Positions 10,154-19,674 of a DNA stretch of 64,000 nucleotides are shown one piece after another (the stretch's first letter is position 1; the number at the start of each line of letters is the position of its first letter). The stretch covers positions 328,835 to 392,834 of the forward strand of contig CAWCER010000009.1 of the NCBI GenBank assembly GCA_963794595.1, in the 5' to 3' direction. This DNA comes from Bryobacterales bacterium. Lineage in GTDB: Bacteria; Acidobacteriota; Terriglobia; Bryobacterales; Bryobacteraceae. A program made the position numbers and the translations under genes. The notes under the pieces were generated by a model. That model searched no databases and was not told where the DNA came from. It worked only from the letters and a program-made list of their open reading frames with translations.

Positions 10154-11566
10154 ATGAACCTAGGCGTGGCCACCACCTCCAAACCTTCCCTTCTCCGGCA
10201 GCTCGGCGTCTTCAGCGCGACCGCGCTGGTGGTATCGAACATGATCGGCACCGGAATTTTCACCTTCACCGGCTATCTGGCGGGCGATCTGGGCTCCGCC
10301 AGTTTGGTGCTGTGGATCTGGGTGGTGGGCGCGGTCTGCGCCTTGACCGGGGCGCTGTGTTATTCCGAGCTCGGGATCAACATGCCCAGCTCCGGCGGCG
10401 AGTACGTTTATCTAACGCAGGCGTTCGGCCCTACCTGGGGATTCATGACCGGCTGGGTTTCCTTTTTCGCGGGATTCTCGGCGCCCATTGCCTTGGCGGC
10501 CTTGGCCTTCGCGGATTATCTGGCGCAGTTCTATCCGGCCTTCCATCTGGAAGAATCTCGCGTGCTGTTCGGTTCGGGCGATTGGAAATTTACGTTCGGC
10601 TGGGCGCAAGTGGCGGCTTGCCTGTTGATACTGCTATTTACCATCATCAATATTTTTGGCGTGCAGCGTGTGGCCCGGCTGCAAAACGTGCTGACCGGGG
10701 CCAAGATCCTCACTCTGGTTTCTTTCATCATCCTGGCGTTTACCATCGGCAATGGCGATTGGCATCATTTCTCAGTGCCTGCAGCGCGGACCTCGACCGA
10801 CTCCATCCCGACGCAGTTCGTGCTCAGCCTATTCTTCATTTACCTGGCCTACAGCGGCTGGAACGCAGCGACCTACGTCGCCGAAGAATTGAAGCAGCCA
10901 TCGCGAACTCTGCCATTGGCTCTGACCGTGGGAACCATTCTGGTGGCCACACTGTACGTAGCATTGAATCTGGTTTTCATCTATGCCGTGCCGATGGAGA
11001 CTCTGAAGGGCGAGACGGCAGTGGGCGCGCTGGCGGCATCGCGCTTATTCGGCCCGCAGGTTGCAGGCATTTTCGCCGCATTGATGGCGCTGTCGCTGAT
11101 GTCGACGGTGAACGCAATGGTCACGATCGGCCCACGGGTCTACTATGCGATGGCGAAGAACCGGGCGTTCCTGGCCTCAGCCGCGAAGGTGGATCCGAGG
11201 TGGCACACACCGGTCGTCGCCATCGTCGCGCAGGGCGTTTGCGCGATGCTGATGACATTGACGCCGTTTCCGCAGTTGGCAATCTACATCGGCTTCACAC
11301 TGAATATTTTTGCAGTGATGAGCGTGGCGGCGCTGATGATCTTCCGGCGACGCAAAGGATGGCAAAAGCTGCGGGTGGTGAGTTTTGCGTATCCTTTGAT
11401 CCCGGTGATCTTTATATTAGTGGGCGTGTGGATGATCATCCGAGGCGTGCAATTCAAGCCGATGATTTCGCTGGCGGCGGCGGTCACGCTCGCCACCGGT
11501 GCGCTGGTGTATCACTTCCGCCTGCGGGCACGCAAAGCTCCAGCGCCTACTGTCGAGACCTACTAA
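10154..11566 (+). CDS. APC-superfamily amino acid permease
   Basis: 470-aa intact ORF, about 12 predicted TM helices. N-terminal SATALVVSNMIGTGIF motif typical of APC transporters. Confidence 0.85.
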   Translation: MNLGVATTSKPSLLRQLGVFSATALVVSNMIGTGIFTFTGYLAGDLGSASLVLWIWVVGAVCALTGALCYSELGINMPSSGGEYVYLTQAFGPTWGFMTGWVSFFAGFSAPIALAALAFADYLAQFYPAFHLEESRVLFGSGDWKFTFGWAQVAACLLILLFTIINIFGVQRVARLQNVLTGAKILTLVSFIILAFTIGNGDWHHFSVPAARTSTDSIPTQFVLSLFFIYLAYSGWNAATYVAEELKQPSRTLPLALTVGTILVATLYVALNLVFIYAVPMETLKGETAVGALAASRLFGPQVAGIFAALMALSLMSTVNAMVTIGPRVYYAMAKNRAFLASAAKVDPRWHTPVVAIVAQGVCAMLMTLTPFPQLAIYIGFTLNIFAVMSVAALMIFRRRKGWQKLRVVSFAYPLIPVIFILVGVWMIIRGVQFKPMISLAAAVTLATGALVYHFRLRARKAPAPTVETY

Positions 11567-11627
11567 CTACCTGGCCGCGGCGTCCGAACTCGCGCGCGCA
11601 CGCTCCCGCGCGGTAAACTTGAATTTC

Positions 11628-12734
11628 ATGTCCCCATTGAATCCGCCGCGCCGGCTGCTGTTTAGCGCCGGCCCCACGCAAGTTCATCCCCGTGTCTATG
11701 AGGCCATGGGGAAGCCCATTGTCGGCCATCTCGATCCGTTTTTCTTCGAAGTTTCGGAAGACATTCGCCGCGACCTCCGTCCGGTTTTCGGCACCGAGAA
11801 TCCGTTCGTCCAGGTCATCTCGGCTACGGGCAGCGGCGGTATGGAAACGTCGCTGGCCAATTTCGTGGAGCCGGGGCAGAAACTCGCCGTCTTCACGGCC
11901 GGCTATTTCGCCGAGCGTTTCGTTGAAATGGGCCGCCGTCATGGCGCGAAGGTGGTGTGCTCGAGCAAGCCTTGGGGCGAGACCTTCACCGAGACCGAAG
12001 CCTCCGACTTCTTGAATCGCGAAAAACCCCACGCCGTTGCCTTCGTGCATGCCGAAACATCCACCGGTGCGCTGCAGGATTTGGCTGCGATTACCCGGCC
12101 CGCGCACGCCGTCGGCGCAATCACCATTGTCGATTGCGTGACCTCGCTGGGCACGATACCCATTAATGTCGACGCCAACGGTATCGACGTGGCTTTCAGT
12201 TGTATCCAGAAGGGTCTGAGTTGCCCGCCGGGGCTCTCACCCATCACCGTATCGCCGGCCGCGGTGGAGCTCCTGCGCGCGCGCAAAGCTCCCTGCCCCA
12301 TCTGGTACATGGATTTGAAACTTCTGCTGGACTATTACGAAGGCGCGCACCGCTATCACCACACCGCGCCCATCAGCACTTTCTACGCTCTGCACGAAGG
12401 TCTCGCGTTGGTGCTCGAAGAAGGCGTGGAGGCGCGTTACGCCCGCCACCGCGCGGTGCATCAGGATTTCTTGCGGCGGATCGAGGCGGCCGGCCTGGAG
12501 ATGTTCATCCCCGACGAGGCGCGCCGCATTACCACCATCAACACGATTCGCGTGCCTGCGGGAGTGAACGAGATCGAGGTCCGGAAGCGCCTGCTGGATA
12601 AGTATGACATCGACATCGCGGTAGGATTCGGCCAACTCCTGGGCAAGATCTTCCGCATCGGCCTGATGGGTCCTCTGGCGACGCCCGAGAACGTTGACCT
12701 GCTTAGCGGCGCGCTGATTGAGTGCTTGCGATAA
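11628..12734 (+). CDS. class V aminotransferase (alanine-glyoxylate / serine-pyruvate aminotransferase family)
   Basis: LLFSAGPTQVHPRVYEAMGKPIVGHLDP, and SCIQKGLSCPPGLSP containing the PLP-lysine context. ATG 11628 is preferred over the upstream start that overlaps the permease. Confidence 0.85.
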   Translation: MSPLNPPRRLLFSAGPTQVHPRVYEAMGKPIVGHLDPFFFEVSEDIRRDLRPVFGTENPFVQVISATGSGGMETSLANFVEPGQKLAVFTAGYFAERFVEMGRRHGAKVVCSSKPWGETFTETEASDFLNREKPHAVAFVHAETSTGALQDLAAITRPAHAVGAITIVDCVTSLGTIPINVDANGIDVAFSCIQKGLSCPPGLSPITVSPAAVELLRARKAPCPIWYMDLKLLLDYYEGAHRYHHTAPISTFYALHEGLALVLEEGVEARYARHRAVHQDFLRRIEAAGLEMFIPDEARRITTINTIRVPAGVNEIEVRKRLLDKYDIDIAVGFGQLLGKIFRIGLMGPLATPENVDLLSGALIECLR

Positions 12735-12749
12735 TAGTCGATCGAGCGA

Positions 12750-12953
12750 TCAACGATGGGGCAGGAACGCCAGGTTCTCGCTCAATACGTAAATCGTAAT
12801 CGCCGCGAGCATCAGAAACAGCCCTACCCAGAAGAGCCAACTACGATGCGCACGCCTCCAGTACGGGAGGCGTGGTTCAGGATGAACCACCCGGGGGCCC
12901 TCCGACCCTTCGTTCCCGTGATTGTGGTGCTTGCTTTCAACGATTGGTTCCAT
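12750..12953 (-). CDS. small hypothetical membrane protein (His-rich N-terminus, one TM helix)
   Basis: 67-aa ORF: HHNHGNEG...RLPYWRRAHRSWLFWVGLFLMLAAITIYVL. It fills an otherwise empty gap. No family assigned. Confidence 0.35.
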   Translation of the reverse strand: MEPIVESKHHNHGNEGSEGPRVVHPEPRLPYWRRAHRSWLFWVGLFLMLAAITIYVLSENLAFLPHR

Positions 12954-13030
12954 GGGACCCCAGTGTCAAGATGCTGCAGGGGTGAAGTCGTTTCGCGCGG
13001 AGTCTGGCCCGGGCGACGCAGCGCCGCGTG

Positions 13031-13843
13031 TCAAAACGCGCCGATGCCTTCGGTAAGCTCGATATAGCCGCCCGCAGGGTCGGTCAGAAAGGCGATGGCG
13101 ATGCCGAGTTTCGGAATCTTGCGGTATGGAACATCGAGCTTTACGCCGTTTGCTTCAAGCTGTTTGCAGAATGCTTCCAGGTCCTTGACCTCGAAGCCGA
13201 CATGGTCGATCGCCCGCCCTTTGGTGGCCGTCCGGGGTGTGTCTTCCTTGAAACTCGAAAAGGTCAGATTCATGGTGGAAATATCGGCGGTGACAGGGAG
13301 TTTGCCGCGGTTTCTGGCCACTGCCCCGAAGGTCTTCACATACCAATCCCTAAGGCCTGCATTATCCTTCACCTGGTAGTGCACGTGATTTGGGGTGGGC
13401 GGCCCAGTAAGAGTGTCGTCTTGCTGAACTTCGACTTTCAACCCGTCAGGCCCATCGATATAGGCGTTGGGGTTTCCTTCAGCGCCTTTGAATACGGGAC
13501 GGGTCGCGTATCCCATATCGCGAGCTTGCTTCAGCTTCTCTTCGGTGTTGTGAACTTTGAACCCGAAGTGATCGATGGTAGTCCCTTCGGAAGGACCGGT
13601 TGGCTCCTTCACGGTGAAGAGGATAATCATACCCGGAACCTTGACGCCCTCGGTCCCTTCCCGCTTTAAAGGAGTCGCGCTAAACAGCTCTGTCCAGAAT
13701 TTCTTCTGAACCGCGACATCCTTGACGTTTAGGTGCATGTGTCCCATGGTCACGCCCGCGGCGTTGGGCGGCAGTAACTGTGCTTGACCAGTTCCCGCCA
13801 GCGCCACTGCTACCGTGACCGCAAGAAAGAATCGCATCGTCAT
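13031..13843 (-). CDS. secreted tandem VOC (glyoxalase/bleomycin resistance/dioxygenase) family protein
   Basis: Signal peptide MTMRFFLAVTVAVALAGTGQAQ. Two VOC-like halves (GHMHLNVKD...DHFGFKV and HVHYQVKD...DHVGFEV). Start ATG is 13843 or 13837; GGAG lies upstream. Confidence 0.75.
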   Translation of the reverse strand: MTMRFFLAVTVAVALAGTGQAQLLPPNAAGVTMGHMHLNVKDVAVQKKFWTELFSATPLKREGTEGVKVPGMIILFTVKEPTGPSEGTTIDHFGFKVHNTEEKLKQARDMGYATRPVFKGAEGNPNAYIDGPDGLKVEVQQDDTLTGPPTPNHVHYQVKDNAGLRDWYVKTFGAVARNRGKLPVTADISTMNLTFSSFKEDTPRTATKGRAIDHVGFEVKDLEAFCKQLEANGVKLDVPYRKIPKLGIAIAFLTDPAGGYIELTEGIGAF

Positions 13844-14132
13844 CACTCCCCAGCAGTGAAGTATACACCCGACGCTGTCGGGTGTTGATACCAGGCGCCA
13901 TATACCGCTACGGCAGTGGTAGCGAAAGTTCCCTCCGAGGCTAGTACCCGCGTCAAATAGTGACCTTGCCGGCCACCTATCGTCATCCGATGGCTTGATC
14001 GGCATCATTTGACGATAGGGGGATATCCATCATCGCCGTAATCGGCGCCATTGTCACGATCGTCTGGCATCCCTTGAGGTCGCACAGCGGTAGTTAGCCG
14101 CTGAGTTCCAACCCCTTTTGGAATTCTCAGCC

Positions 14133-14174
14133 ACGGGTGAGGCTCCCGTAACAAGCGGTGTCACCCGTTTTATT
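14133..14174 (+). terminator. orphan terminator-like hairpin + T-tract on the plus strand, with no upstream plus-strand gene
   Basis: acgggtga (14133-14140) pairs with tcacccgt (14161-14168) and is followed by tttatt. Two further hairpins precede it (cagcgg-N7-ccgctg at 14085-14103; ctgagttccaa/ttggaattctcag at 14101-14130). The 20-nt loop is large for a canonical intrinsic terminator. Confidence 0.3.
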
Positions 14175-14352
14175 GGGCCTGCCTCGCGCGAAATGCCGGC
14201 GATTTCGGCTCACGAAAACTGGAGACTTGCTTGCTCGGCATTTACCCGTGCTTTGCTGAGCGGCGGCGAGCGCGGGGTGTAGCGTTTTCCACCCGAGCGG
14301 GTGTAATATGTGTGACGCCGACCGCCGATAAGCAGGGTCGGGAGGTGATTCT

Positions 14353-14913
14353 ATGCCAGCCATGTTGCTGCGAACTGCGCTCGTAAGCGCGTGCGTTCTT
14401 GCCCTACCCGTCGCAGGGCAAAGTCAGGAGGCCTCGCGTCCGCCGCGACCGGCATCGCTCGAGGCTGCGGTGACATCCCCGACCGTTTCGGCGGACATGC
14501 TGCGCCATCCGATTTCCTCCAGAACCCGCCGCATGCTGCACCGCGCAGTGGATTGGATGCGTTCCGGCGATCATCAGAAAGCCATTCACCAATTGGAAGC
14601 GACGCTGGCTAAGGATCCATCGTCTGCCGCCTACGTGCATAGTCTCCTGGGTTATGAGTTCATGAGGACCGAACAGGTCACGGCCGCTATCAATTGTTTT
14701 GAGCAGGCGGTTGTGCTGCTTCCGCACGACCCGGCTAATCATCACAACTTCGCAGTTTCACTGCTGCAGGCCGGCGATTACCAGCGTGCCGAAAAAGAGG
14801 AGCGCCGTGCCCACGAGCTTGCGCCGGATAACCCTGAAATTAATCGTCTTCTGGAGGCACTACAGGCCGAATATCCGCGCGGCACCCTGAACGCACAGAG
14901 GGGCCCGAACTAG
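14353..14913 (+). CDS. secreted TPR-repeat protein
   Basis: Signal peptide MPAMLLRTALVSACVLALPVAGQ. TPR-like helices (AIHQLEATLAKDPSSAAYVHSLLGYEF.., AINCFEQAVVLLPHDPANHHNFAVSLLQAGDYQRAEKE). GGGAGG lies upstream. Confidence 0.6.
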   Translation: MPAMLLRTALVSACVLALPVAGQSQEASRPPRPASLEAAVTSPTVSADMLRHPISSRTRRMLHRAVDWMRSGDHQKAIHQLEATLAKDPSSAAYVHSLLGYEFMRTEQVTAAINCFEQAVVLLPHDPANHHNFAVSLLQAGDYQRAEKEERRAHELAPDNPEINRLLEALQAEYPRGTLNAQRGPN

Positions 14914-14939
14914 AGCAGGTGGTTTTGCCGATTGCCCAG

Positions 14940-15344
14940 CTATTTGCTGGGGCCGCCGTCGTCTGCGGCGCCGGCGAAGATTTTGCGCCCGTCGGCGAGA
15001 GTGACGTTGCGGGCGTTGGCCAACTTACTGCCGTCCTTGGCAAGGTATCCTTCGACGGTCACGGTATCGCCGGGCTTCAGGGAGTTTCTGGTCCAGCCGC
15101 GCCGCATCAACCCGTTCGGACTGCCAAGTTCGAGCTCCCAGTTGGTCACTTTACCGGCTTCGTCGGTCACGTCTACATAAAAGCGGGCGTGCGGATTCTG
15201 CCATTCCATTTTCGTGACGGCGCCTCTGAGCGTGATTGGCTTGTTCGAGTCATACTCGGCCGCAAACGAGTGATGCGCCAAGGCCGGCATCGCCCCTAGC
15301 GCCAGCAGGATGCCTGACAAAAAAATCATCGTTCTCTTCTTCAT
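14940..15344 (-). CDS. small secreted protein resembling the DUF6152 family
   Basis: Signal peptide followed by the mature N-terminus HHSFAAEYD...ITLRGAVTKMEWQNPHARFYVDV. Family assignment is from memory. Confidence 0.55.
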   Translation of the reverse strand: MKKRTMIFLSGILLALGAMPALAHHSFAAEYDSNKPITLRGAVTKMEWQNPHARFYVDVTDEAGKVTNWELELGSPNGLMRRGWTRNSLKPGDTVTVEGYLAKDGSKLANARNVTLADGRKIFAGAADDGGPSK

Positions 15345-15511
15345 AAATCACTCTCCAGGAATAGCGACCGTAAACCGAGCGTATGCAGCTCTTAGGGCTT
15401 ACTTTACTCCGAACAATCCGTGGACGTCAAGGGCCGAGCTCCCAGCGACGCAGTGGATGAGGCGGTGCGGGAGCGCGCCAACGGGACCGGCAAAGGCCAA
15501 GGCCGCCGCCG

Positions 15512-17865
15512 TCAGGTTCGCATGCGCGCCAGGAAATACAAACCCGCTAGGGAGAAGATTGCGTCCGGGGACCACGCGGCGATCTGCACCGGCAACTGGC
15601 TTAGATTTCCGAACTGCTCGAACACTTGCCCCACCGACCAATACACGATGGCGATTCCCAGGCTGACGCCCACTCCCGCCATGGCCCCGCGGTTCCCCGC
15701 CAGGAAGGCGAAAGGTATGGAGACCATCGCCATGATAAGGGCGAACAGCGGGACCGCGAATTTCTTCTGCAGTTGCACCTGCAATGCCACCGTATCGAAG
15801 CCGCTCTGCTGCAACTCCCGGATGTAGGCGCCCAACTCGTGAAAGTTCATCTGGCGCGATTGCTTCACTTCTTTTACGAAGTAGTCGGGCGGCTCTTCGA
15901 GTTCCGGGAAAGTGCGCGTTCCGCCCGAGAACTCGTCGAAGCGCGTCACGGTGTTGCCGTTCATGTCGCGGCTCCAGCCGTTCTCAAACACCCAGGCGTT
16001 GAGGCTGGGCTCCCAGCGCGCGCGCTCGGCGGCGATGTGGCGCTTCAAGCGAAAGCGCGCCGGATCGATCTCGAAAACGTTCACGCCCAGCATCACGTGC
16101 TGCGCTTGATCGAAATACTTGTAGTAGTACATGCGGTCGTGAAGACCGGAAATCCAGCGGCGATCGGGGCGCAGAAAGGTCTGCGCGGGGCGGCCCTTGA
16201 TCTCGGCGCGCAGCGCGTCCTGCCGCCGGTCGGACTCCGGGACCCAATAGTGATCGAAGGCAAACAGGGCGCCGCTCAGAACGACGCCCGCCACCAGGAT
16301 GGGCGCCGCCAGACGGTAGACGCTGACGCCGCAGGCTTTGAGAGCCGTCACCTCATTATGTTTGGTCAGTATTCCGAACGAGACCAGCACGGCCGTCAGC
16401 ACGGCGAACGGCGCCAGTTCGTAGAGCAGGCGGGGCGTGAGAAAGAAATGGTATTCCAGCACGCGGTCCATGCCGATCCGGTTGCGGATGATGTCGCTCA
16501 GGAGTTCGAAGAACGTGAAGACCTGGAACATCAGCACGAAGCTGGCCAGCAGCACCACGAAATAAAACACGAAGCTGGAAAGAACGTAGGTATCGGTGAT
16601 GCTGGGCAGCAGAGAAAAACGAGCCAGCCAGGTTCTCGGCTCCAGGCGTTCGAGCGGCCTGCGAAGGAGCGGGAGCCCGCGGACCCGGCGCAGGCGCGCG
16701 CTTACCGCTCCCATCAGATCCAGGTCGCCGGGTTTCTCCAGGCGCGCGAGCATCGTCAGGCCGCCGATGGCGAAGACCAGGTTGGGCAGCCATACCGCGG
16801 CTTCGGGAGTCAGCGAGCCCTGGCGCGCCATCCCAATAAAACCGATCAAGCCGATGTAATAAAGAAACGCCAGACCGGCGGTCATTACCACCGCCGCGGA
16901 CTTCCCGGCCCTGCCGCCGCGTGATGCCCAGCGGGATGCCTACCAGGGCCATCAGCAGGCAGGCGAAGCGGCAACGCCAGCCGTTGATTGAATTCGGTGC
17001 GCGCATCGAGCTTCTCCGTGCGGTCGAGCGCGGGATTGCGATAGGCCAGGCGGTAAAGCGGCCGCGTATCCATTTCGACCGATGGGCGGGTGGCGCGAAC
17101 CTCGGCGGGTTTGCTGGCCTCCAATGCCTGATCGCCGGTTGGAAACGCCGTGATGCGATAGTCGCCGATGTCCTTGCCCGCCTCGTAGGTGCTGCCGTTG
17201 CGCAAGGAAAGCTGAAGGCGGTTCAAAGCCGGATCGGCCAGCACGACGGCCTCGGTGGCCAGCGTGATGCGCGGCTCGTCGCCGCGCTCCTGCGACCCCG
17301 GCGGGCGCTCTTCCGGCGGCGTGATATCGGCAAGGAAGACTCTCTTCCAGAGCCCGGTGACGCCGGTGGTGACGTCCGTCACGTAAAGAATGGAGTTGGG
17401 GAAACGCTCCTCGAACACTCGCGGCTGGACGTCGGAGGTGAGGCCATTGCCGATCAACAGATTCTCGACGCGATAGCGCTCGCGGATGGTCCAGGGCGTC
17501 AGCCACAAGCGAGGCAGCCGCGGCGATCAGCAAGCGCTCCGCCGCCGAATAACAGGACCGGCGGCGCCACGCGCTGTCCCGGTATGCCGGCCGCGCGCAT
17601 GGCCGTGATTTCGCCGTCGGTCGACATGCGGGTGAGCGTGATCAGCGTCGCTACCAGCACGCCCATGGGAACCGTAAAGGGGAGCGATTGCGGCAGCACC
17701 AGGAAGAACAGATAGAGCACCGTCAAATGGGGGCCCGTGCTGCGCACCAGGAATTCGAACAAGCGGACGCGCCCGCATCAGAAAGATCAGGAAGGTGAAA
17801 AGCACCGCCCACAGCAGCGCCGTCGTCACCAGTTCGCGGAAAATTGTGCGGCTGAGCAAACGCAT
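15512..17865 (-). pseudogene. apparent fused LptF-LptG LPS export permease (two YjgP/YjgQ modules), interrupted by at least 5 frameshifts
   Basis: Module 1: MRLLSRTIFRELVTTALLWAVLF.. | RLFEFLVRSTGPHL..TRMSTDGEITAMRAAGI.. | LLIAAAASL | WLTPWTIRERYRVENLL... | FACLLMALVGIPLGI | AGKSAAVVMTAGLAF.... ORF 15512..16891 then runs without a stop into module 2 (ITDTYVLSSFVFYF...EVTALKACGVSVYRL...FAVPLFALIMAMVSIPFA). Junctions are near 17770, 17530, 17508, 16975 and 16917. Confidence 0.8.
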
Positions 17866-17875
17866 GACGGATACT

Positions 17876-19674
17876 CAGCGGGTCACGGTCCGGTCCGGCG
17901 GCGGCACCAGCGCCGGCTTTTGCAACGGGTTCTGAAGCTGGTCCACTTCGAGCTCGTCGAACAGCAATCCCGGGCGAGATCACGGACGTAAGGGCAATGT
18001 AGCCGCCGACGCCGGAGCGCGCCAGCGGCGCCCCATTATTGATGTAGTCGAATACCGCGGTTTCCGTGGAAGCGGCGAGAATGTCGCGCAGAGAGCGCGT
18101 GGAGAGTCCGCGGAAGCGCATGCCGCGGACCAGTTCTTCGCGGCCGTCGGGATAGACGCGATACATCAGAATCGGCGGGCTCACCGGCCGGACCGAGCCG
18201 CCGGAATTCGCCGAGGCGGTTTGCAGCGTCTGGATCTCGGCGCTGGTTCCCAAGAACGGAAAATCGAGTTTGCGAATCAGCAGGCCGTAGGGCTTGTCGC
18301 GCTCCTTGCACATCTGAATGAGCCGCGCTTTGAGATCCGCCAGCGGCGTGGTCTCCGAGGGCTTCACGAAAAGATTGCCGATGGCGGCCGCGCGCGTGCC
18401 GAAACCGCCGGGAAAACGCGCATGCCCATTCGACCCAGCGGCTTTCTTCACCGGCTGGCGCGTCGTCAAGAAGGTTTTGAGCACCCCTTTTTGAATCACA
18501 GGAACCGCTTGGGCCTTGCACGCCCTCAAAATCGAACTCATAGTAGCCGGCGAGCGGCTTGCCCTGATAAGCAGTCTGCGTTGGATCGTCTACCACATCA
18601 ATCCACTCCGGCAGCACGCGCGAACCGGTGCGTCCCTCGAACTCACTGGCAATAAACGTTTACCGGACGATTGGGATCGGAAACCGGCTTGCGGGTAATG
18701 CGCAGGTTGTCGCCCAGGAGTTGCGCCAGCAACTGCGCTGCCGCCGCCGGCTCAAACAAGGCCGGCCCGGTAAAGGATTCGCCCACGGGCGCCTGCAGCA
18801 GCGTTTGAATATTGCGGGCAATGGCTTTCAGGGAATCCTGTAACTCGGTTTCAGAGGGAACTTGAGCCAGCGTGAGTGCAGGTGTCGAGAGGGCGTCGCG
18901 CAGGACCATGCCGTCGGGCGCCTGTCCTTCGGCGCGCGCAAAGACCCAGGCCCCATCGTCCTGATAGCGCAGCGCGGTTCCCTCAGTATTCAGATAGTAG
19001 GAGATGTCCTGATTGAAATGGAATTCGACGCCGGACGCCAGCACTTCAGGATAAGCGGCGAAAATCGCCGAATGCCTGACGATGCGGGCCTTCCAGGCAG
19101 CTTCGTCGAACTTGGTGCGCGCCGACTTTGGGAAGACTTTGGACCGGTTCGGCCGGGGAGAAATCCGCCAGCTTCTCCGGCGGGCGCGGCCGCATTGGTG
19201 AGCGCAGCGCGCTTGCGGGCTATCGATTCGACGGCGGCTTTATAAGCGTGATCGGTTCCGAGCCACAGACTTTCGCGCAACGCGCGGTAGTTATCGTCTA
19301 GCGGAAAGGGCTCGGTATCGTAGCGCGAACCGGTGTAGATGCCGCTGTAAATGTGCCCGGTGTTGTCAAAGTCGTAGCTGCCCACGCGCACTTCGATATT
19401 CGGCAGCCGGAAACGATTGCGCGAAACGGAGGTGAGGGCGCCGAAGCTGGCGTTCACCTCGAAGGCGTCGGCGTCGTCGAGCGTGTAGCTGATGAAGTAA
19501 GGCGTGTCGTCACCGCCGCCGCCCACCACTCGCAACTGGCGGGAGCGCTCCAGTTCTTCCTTCATAGCGCGGAGGATGATGTCTTCCGCGTAAGGATCCT
19601 GCGGCCAGCAGGCGCAATGCCGGCGCAGACAAGCCGGCCGCAATCAGGAAATGACGCCGCGAGAACGGGGCCAT
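17876..19674 (-). pseudogene. secreted PmbA/TldE-like (non-catalytic) member of the TldD/PmbA family, interrupted by at least 6 frameshifts
   Basis: Tat-like signal MAPFSRRHFLIAAGLSAPA. The segments align collinearly with the upstream paralog (DFSPAEPVQSLPKSARTKFDEAAWKARI vs DFSTETPQV..KFNAAEWAARL; VPVIQKGVLKTFLTTR vs VPVVEDGVLKTFLMSR). The HExxxH position reads AQLLGD. Junctions are near 19605, 19180, 19130, 18645, 18510 and 17990. The ATG overlaps the upstream TAA (TAATG). Confidence 0.7.

Noticed and set aside
10312-11616. 434-aa same-strand alternative-frame ORF inside the APC permease gene
   Set aside because: Arg/Gly-rich nonsense-like translation, whereas the overlapping frame encodes a coherent 12-TM transporter. 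Long open alternative frames are expected at this GC content.
15626-16924. 432-aa plus-strand ORF antisense to lptFG
   Set aside because: The opposite strand encodes recognisable YjgP/YjgQ permease sequence. This frame is Arg/His/Gln-rich with no domain features.
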